From assembly GCA_951406725.2 (NCBI GenBank), contig OX597829.1:50468001-50532000 (forward strand): a DNA stretch of 64,000 bases, given 5' to 3'. This document shows positions 52,456 to 64,000 of this stretch, piece after piece; position 1 is the first letter of the stretch; each line of letters begins with the position of its first letter. Source of the stretch: Octopus vulgaris. Lineage: Eukaryota. The notes beneath the pieces were generated by a model that worked only from the letters and a program-made list of their open reading frames with translations, was not told the origin of the DNA and did no database searches. The translations under genes were made by a program, and so were the position numbers.

Positions 52456-53083
52456 GCAGCAACAATGGTGATGATGATGATGATGGTGATGATAATGATA
52501 ACCTTGACTACAACTTGAAGAACAATGATGATAGTGACGATAAAATTGACGACGATGACGATGATGACAACGACAACGACAATGTCAGTAATTATGTAAT
52601 CGCCAATCTAAGAACAGTTCTGCAACTGGCAGCGAATGGCCAACCTTAATCATTGACTATTTTCGCACTGTCAGCTGCACCGTTGCATGTGACGATGCAC
52701 TTGAACTGTTTGATTTCCTGTTGCTCTGCCGGACGGACATTCCACCGTGCAACCCCACACACCCCACCTACCACACCCCACCCCACCACTTCACCTGCAC
52801 AAATTAATTGACAAATCTGCATTGTATTTCTTGTAAATATTCTGCAAAGAGTCGGACGGACACATAACTAATATATGCATACTCGTGTGCATATCAAGTT
52901 GCACATGTGCAGACACGTATATACAACATATGCACACACACACACACACACACACATCACCGTACACTGACATACACACATATTCACATGCATACACATA
53001 CACACCATGTTCATATTTGTTTATTACACAGACACATGCATGTATGCATATAGTGTATACAATTATATTATACACATGCACAA

Positions 53084-53131
<48 letters not shown>

Positions 53132-53214
53132 AACACATATATACATGCTGAAAGACACATCCACATACACGTATGCATATCATGTATACAATTATATTAT
53201 ACACATGCACAAGT

Positions 53215-53285
<71 letters not shown>

Positions 53286-54263
53286 GCACAAACACATATA
53301 TACATGCTGAAAGACACATCCACATACATGTATGCATAGACACGCACACAACGCATATACATGTTTGTACGCATGCACATAAAGCTATGCACACGCAAAA
53401 TCAAACTCATACATATTATTAGATAAACATCTGAAGCAGACACATAAATTCATTTGGAAGCATTTTTACATACACACGCGGTTCAACATTGAATGTCAAT
53501 ATATAGGCGCAGGAGTGGCTGTGTGGTAAGTAGCTTGCTAGCCAACCACATGGTTCCGGGTTCAGTCCCACTGCGTGGCATCTTGGGCAAGTGTCTTCTG
53601 CTATAGCCCCGGGCCGACCAATGCCTTGTGAGTGGATTTGGTAGACGGAAACTGAAAGAAGCCTGTCGTATATATGTATATATATTTATATGTATGTATG
53701 TGTATATGTATGTGTTTGTGTGTCTGTGTTTGTACCCCTAGCATTGCTTGACAACCGATGCTGGTGTGTTTACGTCCCCGTCACTTAGCAGTTCGGCAAA
53801 AGAGACCGATAGAATAAGTACTGGGCTTACAAAGAATAAGTCCCGGGGTCGATTTGCTCGACTAAAGGCGGCGCTCCAGCATGGCCGCAGTCAAATGACT
53901 GAAACATGTAAAAGAGTAAAAAAGAGAAAGAGTAAAGAGTATATAGTATGAACGTGTGTGTGTGTATATATATATATATATATGTTTGTATTGTATTCAT
54001 GTGTATGTTTATAGTCGAGGTTATCATTATAATCATCATCATCATCATCACCATTGTTGCTGTTGTCATCATCATCCTCCACCTCATCATCATTTTCATC
54101 ATCACCAACATCATGACCACCTCCACCACCACCTACCACCACCACCACCATCGTCGTCATCACCTGAATCATCATCATCCTCATAATCATTATCGTCATG
54201 ATTATTGCCTTTGTTTTCATCATCATAATAATGTTCATCATTGTCATCATGTTCGTCTTAGTT

Positions 54264-54298
<35 letters not shown>

Positions 54299-54342
54299 AC
54301 AGTGTCATCATTATTGTTGTTGCCATCCCCCTCTTCTTCCAC
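52159..54342. repeat. Inverted duplication IR5 of a degenerate (GAT)n block: 52159-52513 and 54009-54342
   Basis: Unique interruptions are shared in mirror order (GGTGGAAGAAGAGG, GACACTGTATG, ATAACTAAGA, AAAACAAAGGCAATAATCATGAC, GATAACCT). Confidence 0.9.
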
Positions 54343-55356
54343 CTCATTTTCGTGTACAAATTTATACATAATTTTATACATACATATGTGTGTGGTAAGA
54401 AGTTTCCTTCCTACCCACATGGTCCTGGGTTCAGTCCCACTGTATGGATCCTTGGGCAAGTGTTTTCTACTATAGCTTCAGGCTGACCAAAGACTTGTGA
54501 GTAGATTCGGTAGATGGAAACTGAAAGAAGCCCATTGTGTGTGTGTGTGTATACATATTCGTTTTTCTTTTTATTTGTTTCAGTCATTTGATTGTGGTCA
54601 TGCTGGAGCACCACCTTTAGTTGAACAACTCGATCCCTAGTACTTATTCTATCAGCCTTTATTGCCCAAACTTGTGCCTCAGAGTGAAACTTTCTAGGTA
54701 GAATCCCATTAGATAGACAAATAGATAGACAGACAGACAGACAGATGGGCTTCTTTCAGTTTCTGTCTACCAAATCTACTCACAAGACTTTGGTCGGCCT
54801 GAGGCTATAGCAGAAGACACTTGCCCAAGGTGCCATGCAGTGGGACTGAGCCCAGGACCATGTTATTGGGAAGCTAGCTACTTACCACACAACTACTCCT
54901 GTGCCTTGATGGTTCTGCTGTATAAAAATCTATAAATCTAATGCATAAAATCTATCAAGTGGTGAGTAATTGTAGGAAGACAACAGAGAGAGAGCGAGAG
55001 AGAGAGAGAGAGAGAGAGGTGGTGTAGGATTGTGTGAATACTAAAATGATAAAGAAAGAGAGAGGTTGAAGAAAGAGTAAGAAAGTATGAGAGAGAATTG
55101 CAAGGTTCTGAACCTGCAGTTATGTAAAAATGCAGTGATCAGCAAAATAAAGCAAAACAGCAAAAGAGTAGGGTGCAAATAGGGGTCACGCAGAAGTAAC
55201 TTTATACGGCTGTTATTTGCCAGCATTTGTTAATTCCTTGAGTCAATGTTCTTGTAATTAATTAGTTTCTTTAAGAGTATTAGTTAAAATGTTTAATCAA
55301 TTAAAATTAGTACTAATTTCACTGGTTCATTTAATCGTTTTGGTCTTAGCACACAA

Positions 55357-55424
<68 letters not shown>

Positions 55425-55710
55425 ATACGTATCTGTATTTGTATGTAAAGTGTATATATATACATGTATGTAAAGACACATACATACATACATACATACA
55501 TATACACTCTTTTACTCTTTTACTTGTTTCTGTCATCTGAGTGTGGCCATGCTGGAGCACCACCTTTAGTCGAGCAAATCGACGCCAGGACTTATTCTTT
55601 GGAAGCCTAGTACTTCTTCTATCGGTCTCTTTTGCCAAACCACTAAGTTACAGGGACGTAAACACACCAGCATCGGTTGTCAAGTGATGTTGGGGGAACA
55701 AACACAGAAG

Positions 55711-55748
<38 letters not shown>

Positions 55749-56095
55749 CGACGGGTTTCTTTCAGTTTCTGTCTACCAAATTCACTCACAAGGCTTTGGT
55801 CAGCCCGAGGCTATAGTAGAAGACACTTGCCCAAGGCGCCATGCAGTGGGACTGAACCCGGAACCATGTGGTTTGTAAGCAAGCTACTTACCACAAAGCC
55901 ACTCCTACACCTATATATATTTTGTGTAAGGAAGTGTTATAACACTATTCCACATATACAAAAACAGCCATACCAACAATCCAACATACCTCCTTCATCA
56001 GCTGCCCCATGAATATCATTATGGTTTCAACACCTGGACAAGATTTACATATACATATTGTATATACATATATAGCTATATCTACTACATATATT

Positions 56096-56128
<33 letters not shown>

Positions 56129-56133
<5 letters not shown>

Positions 56134-56277
56134 CCGTGTCAGGCAGAAGAACGAAATGTTCCCAAGATAAGAGAGTCTTTCTAATCTAATGTTGTGGTTG
56201 AGCTGTTTATTATTTATTATTATTACTATTATTAGTAGTATTAGTATTGTCCCTTTGATCCTCGGTCGAAAATTTGC

Positions 56278-56313
<36 letters not shown>

Positions 56314-56704
56314 TTACTATTTTCAGCTTCGCCTTGTATTGCATATTATTTCTCCATACAGGGGTTTTTTCAATGGCGGCCCATTTTCGCGGGGTTCCAC
56401 TATTTACCTTCTCTCTCTCCCTCTTTTACGTTGTCTGCCATCCCCCCTCTTCCTTTGCTAAGAGCATTTTTAAGCCAGCCCGTCATATTCCCGTGTCAGG
56501 CAGAAGAACGAAATGTTCCCAAGATAAGAGAGTCTTTCTAATCTAATGTTGTGGTTGAGCTGTTTATTATTTATTATTATTACTATTATTAGTAGTATTA
56601 GTATTGTCCCTTTGATCCTCGGTCGAAAATTTGCTTATTATTATTATTATTATTATTACTATTTTCAGCTTCGCCTTGTATTGCATATTATTTCTCCATA
56701 CAGG

Positions 56705-56748
<44 letters not shown>

Positions 56749-57012
56749 CAATGGCGGCCCATTTTCGCGGGGTTCCACTATTTACCTTCTCTCTCTCCCT
56801 CTTTTACGTTGTCTGCCATCCCCCCTCTTCCTTTGCTAAGAGCATTTTTAAGCCAGCCCGTCATATTCCCGTGTCAGGCAGAAGAACGAAATGTTCCCAA
56901 GATAAGAGAGTCTTTCTAATCTAATGTTGTGGTTGAGCTGTTTATTATTTATTATTATTACTATTATTAGTAGTATTAGTATTGTCCCTTTGATCCTCGG
57001 TCGAAAATTTGC

Positions 57013-57043
<31 letters not shown>

Positions 57044-57374
57044 TTTCAGCTTCGCCTTGTATTGCATATTATTTCTCCATACAGGGGTTTTTTTTTTTTT
57101 TTTTTTTTTTCAATGGCGGCCCATTTTCGCGGGGTTCCACTATTTACCTTCTCTCTCTCCCTCTTTTACGTTGTCTGCCATCCCCCCTCTTCCTTTGCTA
57201 AGAGCATTTTTAAGCCAGCCCGTCATATTCCCGTGTCAGGCAGAAGAACGAAATGTTCCCAAGATAAGAGAGTCTTTCTAATCTAATGTTGTGGTTGAGC
57301 TGTTTATTATTTATTATTATTACTATTATTAGTAGTATTAGTATTGTCCCTTTGATCCTCGGTCGAAAATTTGC

Positions 57375-57410
<36 letters not shown>

Positions 57411-57459
57411 TTACTATTTTCAGCTTCGCCTTGTATTGCATATTATTTCTCCATACAGG

Positions 57460-57491
<32 letters not shown>

Positions 57492-57754
57492 CAATGGCGG
57501 CCCATTTTCGCGGGGTTCCACTATTTACCTTCTCTCTCTCCCTCTTTTACGTTGTCTGCCATCCCCCTCTTCCTTTGCTAAGAGCATTTTTAAGCCAGCC
57601 CGTCATATTCCCGTGTCAGGCAGAAGAACGAAATGTTCCCAAGATAAGAGAGTCTTTCTAATCTAATGTTGTGGTTGAGCTGTTTATTATTTATTATTAT
57701 TACTATTATTAGTAGTATTAGTATTGTCCCTTTGATCCTCGGTCGAAAATTTGC

Positions 57755-57790
<36 letters not shown>

Positions 57791-58110
57791 TTACTATTTT
57801 CAGCTTCGCCTTGTATTGCATATTATTTCTCCATACAGGGGTTTTTTCAATGGCGGCCCATTTTCGCGGGGTTCCACTATTTACCTTCTCTCTCTCCCTC
57901 TTTTACGTTGTCTGCCATCCCCCTCTTCCTTTGCTAAGAGCATTTTTAAGCCAGCCCGTCATATTCCCGTGTCAGGCAGAAGAACGAAATGTTCCCAAGA
58001 TAAGAGAGTCTTTCTAATCTAATGTTGTGGTTGAGCTGTTTATTATTTATTATTATTACTATTATTAGTAGTATTAGTATTGTCCCTTTGATCCTCGGTC
58101 GAAAATTTGC

Positions 58111-58146
<36 letters not shown>

Positions 58147-58680
58147 TTACTATTTTCAGCTTCGCCTTGTATTGCATATTATTTCTCCATACAGGGGTTT
58201 TTTCAATGGCGGCCCATTTTCGCGGGGTTCCACTATTTACCTTCTCTCTCTCCCTCTTTTACGTTGTCTGCCATCCCCCTCTTCCTTTGCTAAGAGCATT
58301 TTTAAGCCAGCCCGTCATATTCCCGTGTCAGGCAGAAGAACGAAATGTTCCCAAGATAAGAGAGTCTTTCTAATCTAATGTTGTGGTTGAGCTGTTTATT
58401 ATTTATTATTATTACTATTATTAGTAGTATTAGTATTGTCCCTTTGATCCTCGGTCGAAAATTTGCTTATTATTATTATTATTATTATTACTATTTTCAG
58501 CTTCGCCTTGTATTGCATATTATTTCTCCATACAGGGGTTTTTTTTTTTTTTTTTTTTCAATGGCGGCCCATTTTCGCGGGGTTCCACTATTTACCTTCT
58601 CTCTCTCCCTCTTTTACGTTGTCTGCCATCCCCCTCTTCCTTTGCTAAGAGCATTTTTAAGCCAGCCCGTCATATTCCCG
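56129..58680. repeat. Tandem array of seven ~356-380-bp units
   Basis: Units start at TATTCCCGTGTCAGG (56129, 56486, 56864, 57226, 57606, 57962, 58318); nearly identical apart from homopolymer/microsatellite lengths. Confidence 0.97.
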
Positions 58681-59659
58681 GTGCACCCGCCCTTGCCCAC
58701 CACCAATACCGGATATCTCTATATTTTTGCTCCATCTATACCGGATGTCGCTTCTCCCACCACCATTATAGGTGTCTACTCTTCGAACCCCCCTCTTCAA
58801 TACGCTATTTCAACATGCATTACCCCTCTCTTGATATCCTACGTTTTACTTGCCTAGAACCTGTCATCATTTCTCTGAACCACCCCTCCCCACTGGTGCT
58901 CCCCTATATTCCCCCCCCCCACATAAAAAGCACCATCCGAACGTGGCCGATGCCAGACCCCTCTGGCACCTGTGCAGGTGGCACGTAAAAAACACCCACT
59001 ACACTCGCGGAGTGGTTGGCGTTAGGAAGGGCATCCAGCTGTAGAAACACTGCCAGACTAGACTGGAGCCTGGGGCAGTCCCGAGCTCCCCAGACCCCGG
59101 TCGAAACCATCCAACCCGTGCTAGCGCGGAAAACGGACGTTAAATGATGATGATGATGATGATGATGATATATATACACATTATCTGTTGTGTATGTGTG
59201 TGTGTATATTCATTCACATTATAACCATTTTTTCTATGGTTCCATGGTACCATGAATTTATATAGGGAGTTATTTGAAGTAGGATCCTTATGCTCTTCCG
59301 GTCATCAACCCTTTTTTATTTCCAAGAAAAAGATTCTTTTTGTTTCAAAATCCAAAGTTCTTTGAATGCTCATGTTAAATTAATGTTTTTGGTCTTAATT
59401 CTCCAGACTCAATTTTGTAATTTGATATTGTTTATGTAATTTTGGACACAAGGCCAGCAATTTTCTGGGGTAAGTGTATGTCAATTGCATCAACCCCAGT
59501 GTTTAACTGGTACTTATTTTATTGATTCCTGAAAGGATGAAAGGCAAATTCAACTTTGGAAGAAAATTTGAATTCAGAACATAAAGATGGACGAAATGCC
59601 TCTTAGCATTTTGTCTGGCATGCTAACAATTCTGCCAGCTTACCTCTTTAATAATAGTA

Positions 59660-59711
<52 letters not shown>

Positions 59712-60349
59712 TAATAATAATAATAATATTGGTTTCAAATTTTGTCACAAGGCTAGCAATTTTGGAGAGGGTGTAAGTTGACTACATTGACCCCAGGGCT
59801 CGACTGGTACTTATTTTATCGACTCTAAAAGGATGAAAGACAAGGTCAACCTTAGTGGAATTTGACCCCAGAGCATAGCAATGGAAGAAATACTGCTAAA
59901 CATTTTGACCTGTCAGCTTTGCTGTCTTAAATTGTAATTTACTATTAGATATATCATATTCATCACATTGCTGTCATCATATTACCTCCAGTTTTCCAAT
60001 ACTTGCCTGAATGAGAGAGAATTTGTCAAGGCACATTTTATACAGCTGGATGCCCTTCCTATCACCAACCCTTACCTGTTTCCAACCAAGGTGAATCCCC
60101 TCCCCCCAGAACCATGTGGTTGGAAAGCTAACTTATTTTCACACAGCCAATGCCTGTATGTATAAATGGGAATATACCATTTCTATTGTCTCACTCTGTT
60201 GTTTTTATGCCTCACTCTCACTCAGGAATTCTCCATGCCAAGGCACCTGCTTCCCTCATTTATTTACCATTCAATGAGGATAATCCTTTCTCTCTTAGCT
60301 TAGGTCTTTCTATCACAGCCCTATGCCATTTTCATTCATTCTTTCAATT

Positions 60350-61540
60350 CTTTCCACTTTAACCACACCCGTCATACAGTACTCTTTCTCTCTCTCTCTC
60401 TCTCTCAGCTTTAACCTCACCCATTGAAAGTACTTTATATCTCTCACATCTTTAGCCACACCCATTATACAATACCATATATCTATCTCATCTTTAACCA
60501 CACCTACTGTACAGTACCATATATCTCTTACATCTTTAACCACACCCATTGTACAGTACCATACATATCTCTCACATCTTTAGCCACACCCACTATACAA
60601 TACCATATATCTCTCTCATCTTTAGCCACACCCACTGTACAGAACCATTTATCTCTCTCATCTTTAGCCACACCCACTGTACAGAACCATATCTATCTCT
60701 CACATCTTTAGCCACACCCACTATACAGTACCATAATTCTCTCTCATCTTTAGCCACACCCACTGTACAGAACCATATATATATCTCTCACATTTTGCCA
60801 CACCCACTATACAGTACTGTTTATCTCTCTCATCTTTAGCCACACCCACTGTACAGAACCATATATATCTCTCTCATCTTTAGCCACACCCACTGTACAG
60901 AACCATATATATATATCTCATCTTTAGCCACACCCACTGTACAGAACCATATATATATCTCTCATCTTTAGCCACACCCACTGTACAGAACCATATATAT
61001 CTTTCTCATCTTTAGCCACACCCACTGTACAGAACCATATATATATCTCTCATCTTTAGCCACACCCACTGTACAGAACCATATATATATATCTCATCTT
61101 TAGCCACACCCACTGTACAGAACCATATATATCTCTCTCATCTTTAGCCACACCCACTGTACAGAACCATATATATATATCTCATCTTTAGCCACACCCA
61201 CTGTACAGAACCATATATATATCTCTCATCTTTAGCCACACCCACTGTACAGAACCATATATATCTCTCTCATCTTTAGCCACACCCACTGTACAGAACC
61301 ATATATATATCTCTCATCTTTAGCCACACCCACTGTACAGAACCATATATATATCTCTCATCTTTAGCCACACCCACTGTACAGAACCATATATATATCT
61401 CTCATCTTTAGCCACACCCACTGTACAGTACTGTTTATCTCTCTCATCTTTAGCCACACCCACTGTACAGTACTGTTTATCTCTCTCATCTTTAGCCACA
61501 CCCACTCTATAGTATTTTATATTTCTCTCATCTTTTTATC
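60350..61540. repeat. ~44-bp minisatellite (CATCTTTAGCCACACCCACTGTACAGAACCATATAT...), about 26 units
   Basis: Direct reading; homogeneous centre, degenerate edges. Confidence 0.96.
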
Positions 61541-61968
61541 CTTGCAAGTAACTTATCAATTTTGTCTTAACAGTAACTGTTCATTATTTTACTTTTTTCA
61601 CCTTTTTTTACCATTCCACTTGGAATTTAACAAATCTTTACCTTACCATTGCTAAACATTGCAACTTTCCATAATTTTGAAACATCAAGAAATTTGATAT
61701 TTATATTTTCAGTTTATTTTTTATCTTTTACTTGTTTCAGTCATTAGACTACGGCCATGCTGGGGCACCACCTTCAAGAATTTTCAGTCAAATGAATTGA
61801 CCCCAGTACTTACTTTTTTTTCTTTCAAGCCTAGTATTTATTCTATCAGTTTCTTTTTGCTGAACTGCTAGGTTATGAGGACATAAATAAACCAACACCA
61901 GTTGTCAAGTGGTAGTCAGGACAAACACAGACACAAAGACACACACACACACACAAGCACACGTGCGT

Positions 61969-62006
<38 letters not shown>

Positions 62007-62768
62007 ATGACAAGCTTCTTTCAGTTTCTGTCTACCAAATGCACTCACAAGGCTTTGGTTGACCCAAGGCTTTAGTAGAAGACACTTGCCCAAGGTGCCA
62101 TTCAACGGAACTAATCCCAGAACTATGTGGTTGGGAAGAAAGCTTCTTAACACACAACCATGTTTTATTTCATCTTTGTTTATATAATTTCATGAGCACA
62201 ATACAAACAATTTTTATTATTATATGCCCTGATGCAGTACCAGGCAGTGGATCTTGTGGCTTCTGATCTTAACTCATTGGAAGTGTTGTCATGTACATTG
62301 TTTTGTCTTGGTATAAACTATGGGCTACAGCAAATATTCTGCTCAGTACCACAGATTTGCTTATCAGTTGTTTGACCGTTAGTAGCTGACGATATGTGCA
62401 TCTCTGATCATGAGCAGAAGGAGTGGGGGAGCATCATAGCCATGTATTGAGAGGGATTCTTTGGGGCTTGAATAATTCACCTTTGGAAACATGGGTGTTG
62501 TGTTCATCATCCTTAAAACAACCCTTATTCAGAGACCTGAAGAAAATTCTAACTGGGCCCCGCTTGCAAGGTCATGTACTGTTTATCTTGATATGAGATC
62601 TCTATGTCGCGCACATATGGTTGTGATGCATGTACCTTTATCAGACGGGTAGTCATGATGGGTAAATATTAGGTTTCATATATTTGTACCCCAGTATCAA
62701 TATTATTATTATTATTTTAATTTTGTTTCTAATTAGTGACTTTGACATTTCTATTTCTCAATTAATAG

Positions 62769-62868
62769 GCTTATGCCCTTTGAAGTGACCACAAAGTTAA
62801 ACAAGTTCTTTGGTGTTTCAACAGCAATGGAAAAATGCAAGAAACTTGGAAATTCTACATCAAGCTGA
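62769..62868 (+). CDS. DHRS3: DHRS3-like SDR last coding exon
   Basis: Acceptor tttctcaattaatag; phase 2 completes ACG; LMPFEVTTKLNKFFGVSTAMEKCKKLGNSTSS*, typical SDR16C C-terminus (LP...F.G...M); stop TGA at 62866-62868. Confidence 0.88.
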
Positions 62869-63109
62869 CTGAAAGCTAAATGTAATACTTGTTTTTTAAT
62901 GATTTACTATTCTTTAATACATTTTTTTAATCTTTTACATTTTATGGAAATCCCTTTCATTCTTGCCCCTTTAACCCACATCTCTCTGAAAGTATATTCT
63001 TAAAGTTTTTTTAAGAAATTGTTGATTTTTTTTCTTTGACTTTTCTTTATATATTTTCCAAACTTTGAGTATCATTATACTTTATTTTGTAATTTGACAT
63101 AAATAATTT

Positions 63110-63115
63110 AATAAA
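63110..63115 (+). promoter_or_regulatory. Candidate polyadenylation signal of the SDR gene
   Basis: AATAAA about 240 nt after the stop codon, following a U-rich 3' UTR; AT-rich context makes a chance match possible. Confidence 0.45.
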
Positions 63116-63369
63116 TGAATAATCATTTTTATATTATACCCATTAAGGCCTGAAATTTTGACGGAGCTAGCTGATTACCTTCACCCCAGTTATCAACTGG
63201 TACTTATTTTGTTGACCCCTTCTTCCTCCCAAAATGGTAAAAGGCAAAGTCGACCACAGTAGAATTTGAACTCAAAATGTAAAGCCATAAGAAACACCTC
63301 TAAGAAAGTTGTCCAACTTGCTAAAAATTCTGCCAATGCATTGTCTTAATAATAATAATAATAATAATA

Positions 63370-64000
63370 AAATACTTTCACAAAATACTTTCTATGTAAT
63401 CTCAAGTTTTAAAACAAACATAATTTTCGTATGGTTTTTTTTAGACATTCACTAGTACAACACTAAATACAAAACCAAATATATGGCACACTAGGCATAA
63501 CATCACGAACTTCCAACCTGTTGTCTCTTGAGGTCTCTGGGTGAGACTTGGAGCCAACTTGTACAAATATAAAGCAAAAGTCAAACATAGAATAATAATA
63601 ATAATAAGATATTAGCCATGAATCCCTTAGTAGTTCCAGTTGTTATTTATAGTCTGAATGTGTTGAAATGGAATATGAGTGAAATAAGGAAGATTAATTG
63701 GAAAATCTGTAACCTGCTGACTTGCAATAAGATGCACCACCCAAAGGTAGATGCAGAAAGTCTTTACCTTCTTAGAGCCCAAGGAGGTTGAGGCATGATC
63801 CAATTTGAAATCCCTTACAAGACCACTACAATTAGACTGGCCAAATATCCTGAAACATCTAATGGCTGGATGCCAAAACTCATTAAAAACCATGAGAGAT
63901 GTAAGAAGCTTTGTTTTTGTTATGAAGGAGAGCAAAAAAATCTGTTATTGAGTTCATCCTTAATACCCAGGTTGAACAGCGTGATGGAAGTGTGGCAACT
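63370..64000 (+). mobile_element. R4/Dong-like LINE pieces: a 3' end (63370-63608) followed by an RT-thumb fragment running off the window
   Basis: 3' UTR matches 28080-28258 and ends in (AAT)n; next piece reads KWNMSEIRKINWKICNLLTCNKMHHPKVDAESLYLLRAQGG*GM. Confidence 0.75.

Noticed and set aside
56129-58680. Array as CRISPR, retrozyme or tandem small-protein genes
   Set aside because: Eukaryotic context, no unique spacers, no CTGANGA/GAAA core on either strand; ORFs shift frame with homopolymer length.
60350-61540. 44-bp array as CRISPR-like repeat-spacer
   Set aside because: The variable part is only (AT)/(CT) slippage, not unique spacers.

Overview
Eukaryotic, AT-rich, microsatellite-saturated genomic DNA. 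The tRNA-SINE families and repeat texture suggest an octopus (coleoid cephalopod); this is an inference. The only host gene is a + strand short-chain dehydrogenase/reductase most similar to DHRS3 (retSDR1). Five GT-AG exons (6709-6831, 21313-21453, 37415-37659, 48715-48840, 62769-62868) splice into one open frame of about 244 aa with NNAG, a catalytic Ser and YSSSK; the exon carrying the TGxxxGxG motif must lie upstream of the window. Almost all long ORFs in the supplied track are microsatellite or SINE read-through. The 11-16 kb introns hold four tRNA/RTE-type SINE families, LINE remnants (RTE, CR1/L2, Tx1, R4/Dong, probably Penelope), Tc1/mariner, hAT and piggyBac MITEs, Helitrons, a solo LTR and three tandem arrays. 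The most unusual structures are: (i) fold-back elements carrying minimal Penelope-type hammerhead ribozyme cores, namely a TIR element with a near-intact hammerhead at 33.4 kb and a head-to-head dimer of a tRNA-headed, hammerhead-tailed SINE-like element at 13.1-13.8 kb; (ii) a recurrent class of local inverted copies of neighbouring intron sequence, several next to exons, which would load the pre-mRNA with long dsRNA. All alignments and identities were judged by eye.
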